This document shows positions 16,600 through 22,483 of a stretch of 22,483 nt of DNA, in pieces. The DNA comes from Verrucomicrobiota bacterium (GTDB lineage: Bacteria; Verrucomicrobiota; Verrucomicrobiia; Limisphaerales; CANJXF01), in NCBI GenBank assembly GCA_038214755.1, contig JBBQRQ010000082.1, positions 1 to 22,483 of the forward strand, read 5' to 3'. Below the pieces are notes generated by a model. The model ran no database searches. It was not told where the DNA came from and saw only the letters and a list, made by a program, of their open reading frames with translations. The position numbers were made by a program, and so were the translations under genes. The first letter of the stretch is position 1. Every line of letters starts with the position of its first letter.

Positions 16600-17504
16600 A
16601 AAATTCCTTTGGTTTGTCCGTCCGTGGACTCCAACTTACAACAGTTGTTTTCAGAAGCAACAGGGTTCTTTGCCCGCTTGGCAGAGATTTCTCCGCACTG
16701 GCGTTGCCGCCAGACTTCATAAAGAAAAACGGCGCCCGCGCTGCTGACATTCATCGAATCGACTTCCGCGGGCATGGGGACGGATACGGCCTCATCGCAA
16801 GCCGCGAGAACTTCCTGCGAAATTCCCTGCGCCTCATTGCCAAAAATAAGGCAGCAACTTTCTCGCAAATTTGTTTGCGGCAAAATTTTTCCGTTGGCTC
16901 GCGGATGCGCCGCGAGGCAACAAATATTTTCCCGGCGTAATTCGCCAATTGTTTCCACCAAATCCAGTTCCTCCAAAACTGGAATTTTAAAAATGCCGCC
17001 CATCGAACTGCGCACAGCGCGACGCAAAAAAGGGCTGCTGGAATTTTTCCCGCTCAACAAACCTTGCACGGAAAAGGCCGCGCAATTGCGGACCAGTGTT
17101 CCGAGATTTTCCGCGTTGCTCACGCCATCCGTCGCGACTAAAAGTTTTGGCGTCGCGGAGTTTTCGAGAAGTTCTTCCAGCGAAAGCGACGCGGGAATTT
17201 TTGCGACCGCCATCACGCCTTGAAACATGGTGAAGCCGGTAAGCTTTTCCAAAAGTGATTTTTCGGCGATGTAAACGCGAATTTCCTCGGAACGACTTTG
17301 CAAATGCGGCTCGAAGATTTGCAGCCATTCTTCCGTGAGCAAAACGGAGATGATGACGAAGGGACTTTCTAAAAGTCGCCGCAGAGTTTTTTCCCCTTCG
17401 GCGACGAAGATGCGCTGTAGCCGGTGTTCCGCTTGTCGGCGAAGCGTGCGGTAGGGCTGAAGTTCTGGAAGCTCCAGATCGGAAATATTCTGGACGCGCA
17501 GCAT
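16596..17504 (-). CDS. TrmH/SpoU family RNA methyltransferase
   Basis: Motifs FVAEG, NLGTLVRN, RRAVRSSMG, IFGNEAQG and VPM..VDSMNVS. Start placed at ATG 17504 because the longer ORF begins in a repeat. Confidence 0.9.
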   Translation of the reverse strand: MLRVQNISDLELPELQPYRTLRRQAEHRLQRIFVAEGEKTLRRLLESPFVIISVLLTEEWLQIFEPHLQSRSEEIRVYIAEKSLLEKLTGFTMFQGVMAVAKIPASLSLEELLENSATPKLLVATDGVSNAENLGTLVRNCAAFSVQGLLSGKNSSSPFLRRAVRSSMGGIFKIPVLEELDLVETIGELRRENICCLAAHPRANGKILPQTNLRESCCLIFGNEAQGISQEVLAACDEAVSVPMPAEVDSMNVSSAGAVFLYEVWRQRQCGEISAKRAKNPVASENNCCKLESTDGQTKGIL

Positions 17505-17525
17505 ACATGGAGCGAATGGCATTTT

Positions 17526-17593
17526 CGGAGCGCCGATCTCCTGATCGGCATCCATGCATCTTCCGCCAATCCGATCGGGAGATCGGCGTTCCG
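17526..17593. repeat. GGAG-type REP doublet
   Basis: CGGAGCGCCGATCTCCTGATCGG (17526-17548) and CCGATCGGGAGATCGGCGTTCCG (17571-17593) are 21/23 inverted. Each arm is itself a hairpin. Confidence 0.75.
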
Positions 17594-17607
17594 TTCGCGC
17601 CGACCGA

Positions 17608-18528
17608 TTATTTTTTAGGCGTGGCGGTGTTGGTTTGATCGGGGCGGATGACTTCGATCTTCTCGCCTTTTTTCAATCCTTCCGCCGAGGGAACTTTGAT
17701 GATTTCTCCGCTAACAGCCTGACTGGATTCCGTCGGCGGTTTGATCGAAAGCAGTTCGATTTCAAAAATGAGAGTGGAATCGGGACCGATATTTGGCGGA
17801 GAGCCGCGCTCGCCATACGCAAGATTAGAAGGAATATAAAGTTCCCACTTCGAACCGACTTTCATCAATTGCAACGCTTCGGTCCAACCGGGGATTACTC
17901 CGCCCACCGCAAATTCCATTGGCTGGCTGCGTTTGTAAGAGCTGTCAAATTCTGTGCCGTTAATCAGCCTGCCGCGATAGTGGGTACTAACCGTGTCCGA
18001 GGCTTTTGGCTTTTCACCTTTGCCTTCGGTGATGACTTTATATTGCAATCCGCTCGGCAACGTTTTCACTCCGGGCTTCTTCGCATTTTCAGCGAGAAAA
18101 GTTTCGCCTTCCTTTTTATTTTTTTCGCCCGCCACTTTTGCTTCCGCTTCCCGCTTCGCCATCATTTCTTTTTGCTTGGCTTGCAGTTCCGCCTGCATCT
18201 GCTGCATCACCTGTTGGGCTTCCTGTTCGGTCAACCGTGTCGTGCCTCCTCCGACCAAATCTTTCAGCGCCTTGGAGACCGTATCGACATCGACCTCGAG
18301 TGAATTGCGTTTAATGATATTTCCAAAATACATGCCGATGGCGTAACTGACTTTGTCTTTGTCCAGCTTGGCATCCGCTTTGGCCTCGACCGGTCTCGCC
18401 TGGACTGGCCTGTCGCCTGGGGTGACTACCGGCTTGGTGGCCGATTTAACCTCAACTTTTTTTTCATCGGCCACGGCGTTGGTGGCAAAAACCGCTGCAA
18501 TTAAAACCGCGTTCAATACTGATTTCAT
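17608..18528 (-). CDS. FKBP-type peptidyl-prolyl isomerase (FkpA/Mip-like), exported
   Basis: Signal peptide from ATG 18528 ([20 protein letters not shown]), FKBP_N motif [36 protein letters not shown] and LAYG. Confidence 0.94.
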   Translation of the reverse strand: MKSVLNAVLIAAVFATNAVADEKKVEVKSATKPVVTPGDRPVQARPVEAKADAKLDKDKVSYAIGMYFGNIIKRNSLEVDVDTVSKALKDLVGGGTTRLTEQEAQQVMQQMQAELQAKQKEMMAKREAEAKVAGEKNKKEGETFLAENAKKPGVKTLPSGLQYKVITEGKGEKPKASDTVSTHYRGRLINGTEFDSSYKRSQPMEFAVGGVIPGWTEALQLMKVGSKWELYIPSNLAYGERGSPPNIGPDSTLIFEIELLSIKPPTESSQAVSGEIIKVPSAEGLKKGEKIEVIRPDQTNTATPKK

Positions 18529-18786
18529 ATTTTCTTTTTGTAAAAACGACTCGGTAGCCCACATTGGGCAGGCGTTGAATTACCACACCGGGCAAGGCGT
18601 GTCTAGGTTTGCTCGCGGAGAAATTAGAAGTGATGCCTCTAAATTCCATTTGGCGCATCACTCTCGTTAACACCGGGGCGTTACAGCCATTGCCATCCAC
18701 ACAAAGTGAAACGACGATTTTTTTCAAAAATTTTGGCAGATCCGAGCTGCATCCCCCTTTCCGATTGACTCCATGTTGGGTTGCCT

Positions 18787-18951
18787 TTGTCCCGGAGGGA
18801 CACGTGACAATAGGAAAGATGGGCTGGCACAAGTTCCGAAGGAACGGCTGACAATTAACAAGGCTCAATCGTCCCTGCGGGACTTTGTTCCTTTCAAAAT
18901 CCAACCCACGGTTGAAACCGTGGGCTATTGTCGTTTGTCCCGCTGGGACAA
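18787..18951. repeat. MITE/REP-like multi-hairpin element with GTCCC-N2-3-GGGAC units
   Basis: Terminal inverted arms TTGTCCCGGAGGGACACGTGACAATAG / CTATTGTCGTTTGTCCCGCTGGGACAA. Inner inverted pair AAGTTCCGAAGGAACGGCTGA / TCAATCGTCCCTGCGGGACTT. Hairpin CCCACGGTTGAAACCGTGGG. Confidence 0.75.
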
Positions 18952-19010
18952 GGAAAGCGGGCCTAGATTGATCGAGGCAAAATTTCGGTGCGTCGGCCTG
19001 GGCGGAGAAA

Positions 19011-20267
19011 TTATTCAAACGAGATTCTGGGCAAGAGCGGATGTCGCGCCTGCAATTTTACAATCCAAAAAAACAATCTCATTCGCCAACGCATTCCCCA
19101 ACCGCCTTCCACTTCGCCGGCCAACGCTGCGTTCACGGCGGAGGCGAGGTGAAATTTCTCGCGCGGCTCCAAAAAAACTTCCATGAACGGCGTCGTGTAA
19201 AAATGTTCCACCATCTCCCAATAAAATCTCATCGATTTAAAAACGCGCTTTTCATATCTGACGAAACGTTTCTCGCCACTGTCGCCCGCGACCAGCGTTT
19301 CCAAAACCGCCTGCGCTGCGAGCTTTCCCGAATACATCGCCAAAAAAACTCCGGCGGAAAAAATCGGATCCATGAATCCGGCGGCGTCGCCAATGCGCAG
19401 GAGACGCGGCCCGACCAACCGGCGATTGTAATAGGAAAAATCGCTCGTGACCTGAATGGTTCCCACCACCTCTGAGTTTTGCATTCGTTCGCGCATCACC
19501 GGACTGGATTTCCAAATCTCCTCGAAAATTTCGCCGGGATTTTTTTTGGCGGCGGCGAATTCTTCCTGGTCCATCACGCAACCGACGCTGACTTTTTCCG
19601 ACGAGAGCGGAATCAGCCAGAACCATTTATTTTTTAGGCGAACGATGACGGTGTCACCGGCTTTTTCACCAGCGTCGAGGCCCACCCCATTGAAGTGTCC
19701 GAACACCGCCAGCTTTTTCAGCGATGGATGAATGACGCGCAAGCCTTGCTGATTACCCGTCATGTTGCCTCGCCCGCTGGCATCGAGCAAAAATTTCGCG
19801 CGCAAGGATTCTGTTTTATCCGACTCATGGCGCGCTTCGACGGTGACTCCGTTTTCATCGGAAGAAAATCCTGTGACCGTCCAACCTTCGCGCACTTCCG
19901 CTCCGCTCGATTGCGTGTGCTGGAGCAAAATGTGGTCGAACTTGGATCGCTCAACTTGAAAGGCCTGCGGTTCGCGCGTGAAAATACCTTGGCGAAAAAC
20001 CAGCTTGATCGTCTTGCGCCCATTGCCCAAATGAAACTGCGCGCCGAATTTTTTTGGGAAACCCGCCGCCTCCAACGCCGGCAAAACGCCCATCTCCTCA
20101 AAAATTTTTCGATTGTAGGGCAACAGCGATTCGCCGATGTGGAAGCGCGGGAAATGTTCTTTCTCCAGGACGAGCACACGCTTGCCCGCGCGCGCCAGAT
20201 AAGTCGCCGCGCTGCTCCCGCCCGGCCCGCCGCCAATAATCACCGCGTCGTATGGACGATCTGTCAT
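19011..20267 (-). CDS. FAD-dependent oxidoreductase, flavin-dependent halogenase-like (PltA/CndH type)
   Basis: GGGPGG FAD motif, FPRFHIGESL, a Lys in FPKKFGA, WFWLIP (WxWxIP) and GDAAGFMDPIFSAG (FxxPxxSxG). Confidence 0.85.
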   Translation of the reverse strand: MTDRPYDAVIIGGGPGGSSAATYLARAGKRVLVLEKEHFPRFHIGESLLPYNRKIFEEMGVLPALEAAGFPKKFGAQFHLGNGRKTIKLVFRQGIFTREPQAFQVERSKFDHILLQHTQSSGAEVREGWTVTGFSSDENGVTVEARHESDKTESLRAKFLLDASGRGNMTGNQQGLRVIHPSLKKLAVFGHFNGVGLDAGEKAGDTVIVRLKNKWFWLIPLSSEKVSVGCVMDQEEFAAAKKNPGEIFEEIWKSSPVMRERMQNSEVVGTIQVTSDFSYYNRRLVGPRLLRIGDAAGFMDPIFSAGVFLAMYSGKLAAQAVLETLVAGDSGEKRFVRYEKRVFKSMRFYWEMVEHFYTTPFMEVFLEPREKFHLASAVNAALAGEVEGGWGMRWRMRLFFWIVKLQARHPLLPRISFE

Positions 20268-20359
20268 GCCGAAATGGAAAGGGAAAATTCTATGCCCGAC
20301 AAATTAAATTCCCGATTTTCGTTTTGCGATTTCCCGCGCGCCAGCTAATTTTCCTCACG

Positions 20360-20590
20360 ATGACTACCATGATGACCACCAAAGGACACGTTGCAATTCC
20401 CCTCGAATTTCGGGAACGGAAAAACCTGCGACCGGGAGACGAGGTGGAAATCGAGGAGCGCGCGGAGGGAATCTTGATCCGAAAAAAACGGCGCAATGCC
20501 GGTTTGGTGGATTTGCTATTAGCCTGTCCGGTAAAGGGGTTGAAGATTCCCAAGCTGCGCAAAGAATATCCCAAGCCGATTAAATTCTAA
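20360..20590 (+). CDS. AbrB/MazE/SpoVT-family DNA-binding protein (VapB-like antitoxin)
   Basis: 76 aa from ATG 20360: MTTKGHVAIPLEFRERKNLRPGDEVEI...GILIRK, followed by an LVDLLLACP tail. Confidence 0.85.
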   Translation: MTTMMTTKGHVAIPLEFRERKNLRPGDEVEIEERAEGILIRKKRRNAGLVDLLLACPVKGLKIPKLRKEYPKPIKF

Positions 20591-20597
20591 TATTTTT

Positions 20598-20906
20598 ATG
20601 AACACCGAACAAAAGTTCGATCCTCCCATGGTTGACGAAGTAACACGCGTGAAACTCTTCCTGGGTATTCAATTTTTTTTCCTCGTGGTTTCTGTGTTTA
20701 CCGGCGGCTTCCACTTCAAGTTGTGGTCCATGCTCGATACCGCGTTGATGATCCAATCCATAGGAGTCACGGCTCTTGTCCTGGTGCTGGATGAGGCGAG
20801 GCTGCGGCGGCTGGCCTTCAAGGTGGCGATCATTCTCTACGTGCTGGCAGTGCTTGATATGGGAGTCAACGTCCTCATTTCCGGCGTCGTAGGATGGAAG
20901 ACATAG
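20598..20906 (+). CDS. Small membrane protein with about 3 TM helices, unknown function
   Basis: 102-aa ATG ORF 7 nt after the AbrB stop, with three hydrophobic segments and no competing ORF in the track. Confidence 0.65.
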   Translation: MNTEQKFDPPMVDEVTRVKLFLGIQFFFLVVSVFTGGFHFKLWSMLDTALMIQSIGVTALVLVLDEARLRRLAFKVAIILYVLAVLDMGVNVLISGVVGWKT

Positions 20907-20942
20907 TTAAGCGGGAATCATTCAGTCAAAAGAAACGTTCGA

Positions 20943-21092
20943 CCTCACCCCGGCCCGCTTCTCTGAGGAGAGATTTCCCCGAATTTTGTTTTCGCGCATT
21001 GAATCCGTGAACCGGTAAGGACAACCTTTTGTTGCATATGCAACAAAAGGTTGTCTGAATTTCTGCCGGTCGGTTCATGAGGGAGGGAGAAA
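20943..21092. repeat. Composite palindromic element containing a perfect 36-bp palindrome
   Basis: Outer CCTCACCCCGGCCC...GAGGAGAG / GGAGAAA; inner arms CGTGAACCG (21006-21014) / CGGTTCATG (21071-21079); core GACAACCTTTTGTTGCAT|ATGCAACAAAAGGTTGTC (21020-21055). Confidence 0.7.
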
Positions 21093-21167
21093 GTTCTTCA
21101 GCCCTGGAAAATGTTCACCGTTGAGGACTGCCAATGTATCGTTGTTTCAGGGCGAGATAGCATTCCG

Positions 21168-21428
21168 TCACTGCTTTTTCTGCACCGCTTCCGCAATGGT
21201 GTTCACGCTTTGAAGAATCTCTTTGGCTGCGCCGGGATCGGCGATTTTCAAACCAAAATTTTTGTCGAGCGCAACGACGAGTTGCAAGGCATCCACGGAA
21301 TCAAGACCCAGACTGCCGGGACCAAAAAGCAATTGGTCATCGCCGATTTCCGCCGCGGTGATTTGCAGCATGAGATTTTCGACCATGATGTTTTTAATCT
21401 GCTGTCTTAATTCGTTCGCGTCTTGCAT
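21168..21428 (-). CDS. Acyl carrier protein, aryl-polyene/type II PKS-like
   Basis: Acidic 86-aa protein with LFGPGSLGLDSVDALQL around the phosphopantetheine Ser, which differs from the housekeeping AcpP pattern GADSLD. Confidence 0.9.
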   Translation of the reverse strand: MQDANELRQQIKNIMVENLMLQITAAEIGDDQLLFGPGSLGLDSVDALQLVVALDKNFGLKIADPGAAKEILQSVNTIAEAVQKKQ

Positions 21429-21435
21429 GGGAAAG

Positions 21436-21539
21436 AGAATTCAGGATTTCGGAGTTCGGAGTTTGGAGTTCAGACTTAAGACTCAAAGAATTGCCAAGCG
21501 CACGTTCTGTTTCTCCTGACTCCTGAATTCTGATTCCTG
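21436..21539. repeat. Inverted arrays of short heptamer tandem repeats
   Basis: Left AGAATTCAGGAT-TTCGGAG-TTCGGAG-TTTGGAG-TTCAGAC; right CTCCTGA-CTCCTGA-ATTCTGA-TTCCTG. AGAATTCAGGA is present in inverted orientation on both sides. Confidence 0.7.
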
Positions 21540-21540
21540 T

Positions 21541-22266
21541 TCATAAAATGCCGCCATCAATTTTGAGCGCGGAGCCTGTAATGTAGCTGGCCTCGGCACA
21601 AGCTAGAAAACGAATCGCCGCAGCGACTTCTTCGGGACGCGCGAAACGGCGCATCGGAATTCTCGCGGCCAAAACTTTTTTTTCCTCGTCGCTGATTCCG
21701 GCCAGCGCTTCGGTTTCAACGTAGCCGGGACAGACGACATTCACGGTGATTCCAATTCGCGCGACTTCTTTGGCGAGCGATTGGGTCAGTGCGACAACAC
21801 CCGCTTTGGCCGCCGCATAATTCGCCTGGCCAGCGGGCGACAGTAATGCGCTCAACGAAGAAACGTTCACGATGCGACCACTGCGCTGCGAAATCATGGT
21901 CGGCAAAACGGCTTGGCATCCGTGGAAAACGGCGTCGAGATTGATCGAAAGAATTTCCTGCCACGCGCTGGGCGGCATCGTTGCGAGAAGTCCGTCGCGA
22001 TGCTTGCCCGCGTTGTTCACGAGCACATCGAGCCGCTGATGTTTCGCCGCTATTTGCGCAACGGCGTTTTTCCATGAAGCCGGTTGTGTCACGTCGAGGT
22101 CAACGCAGGCGCAACGTTTGGCGAATTCCGTTTCTAATTTCTCCGCCTGATCGCGTTGCGAATGGATTCCAAGCCAAACAAAGTTTTCAGAATGTTCGTT
22201 TAAAAAAGTTTTCGCGATGGCTTGACCCAATCCGCCATTCGCTCCGGTGACTAAAATAATTCTCAT
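21541..22266 (-). CDS. 3-oxoacyl-ACP reductase-like SDR (FabG family)
   Basis: Motifs TGANGGLG, NNAG, NVSS, GQANYAAAK (YxxxK), VCPGYVET and YITG..IDGG. Lies next to the ACP gene. Confidence 0.92.
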   Translation of the reverse strand: MRIILVTGANGGLGQAIAKTFLNEHSENFVWLGIHSQRDQAEKLETEFAKRCACVDLDVTQPASWKNAVAQIAAKHQRLDVLVNNAGKHRDGLLATMPPSAWQEILSINLDAVFHGCQAVLPTMISQRSGRIVNVSSLSALLSPAGQANYAAAKAGVVALTQSLAKEVARIGITVNVVCPGYVETEALAGISDEEKKVLAARIPMRRFARPEEVAAAIRFLACAEASYITGSALKIDGGIL

Positions 22267-22274
22267 TTAATTTT

Positions 22275-22450
22275 GTAGCGGCGCGTCTGTGACCGCCGCA
22301 TTTATTTCAACTGGTTTTACGATTCCAGTCGCACACGTAGCCGCCGACGTGAGGAGGCGGATTCCGGCAACCATCCGCCTCCTCACGTCGGCGGCTACGA
22401 CTTATGAAACCGCTTCTAAATTTCAGCGGCGGTCATAGACGCGCCGCGAC
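22275..22450. repeat. Outer GTAG-type REP doublet
   Basis: GTAGCGGCGCGTCTGTGACCGCCGC (22275-22299) and GCGGCGGTCATAGACGCGCCGCGAC (22426-22450) are 23/25 inverted. Confidence 0.8.
22337..22398. repeat. Inner REP doublet of the GTAGCCGCCGACGTGAGGAGGCGGA family (copy 2)
   Basis: Perfect 26-bp inverted arms GTAGCCGCCGACGTGAGGAGGCGGAT / ATCCGCCTCCTCACGTCGGCGGCTAC with a 10-nt spacer. Confidence 0.88.
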
Positions 22451-22483
22451 AGACGAACTGCACGCCAAACGCCTGCTGGTTGC

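Noticed and set aside
18464..19186. ORFs 18464-19018, 18609-18851 and 18773-19186
   Set aside because: They are translations across a palindromic repeat and intergenic DNA, with no recognisable motifs.
14776..22398. Repeated ~26-bp sequences as CRISPR repeats
   Set aside because: They occur as inverted pairs 7.5 kb apart rather than as direct repeats with spacers, and no cas genes are present.

Overview
Bacterial chromosomal segment, most likely Verrucomicrobia (Pedosphaera-like). The taxon is an inference from the C-terminal FYRL tail of the secreted protein, the stand-alone coaC and the repeat types. From left to right: (1) a secreted triple-LamG protein, a sulfatase and a chagasin-like inhibitor in a block that looks compositionally distinct; (2) a tightly coupled operon coaC - sensor kinase - sigma54 response regulator - small Arg-rich membrane protein - hpnD - hpnK - EamA/SMR transporter, converging on a DEDDy exonuclease - hpnG-like pair; (3) an unannotated 21-aa Lys/Ala-rich micro-ORF with its own SD and terminator; (4) housekeeping genes (apgM, orphan ABC ATPase, ygfZ, iscU, TrmH methylase, FKBP PPIase); (5) the distal end of a probable type II FAS/PKS (aryl-polyene-like) cluster (ketoreductase, ACP, flavin halogenase-like enzyme), interrupted by an AbrB-type gene paired with a small membrane protein. 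Most longer intergenic gaps hold a REP/MITE-like palindromic element from one of several families, and three of these appear nested inside one another. No rRNA, tRNA, CRISPR array or transposase was seen.
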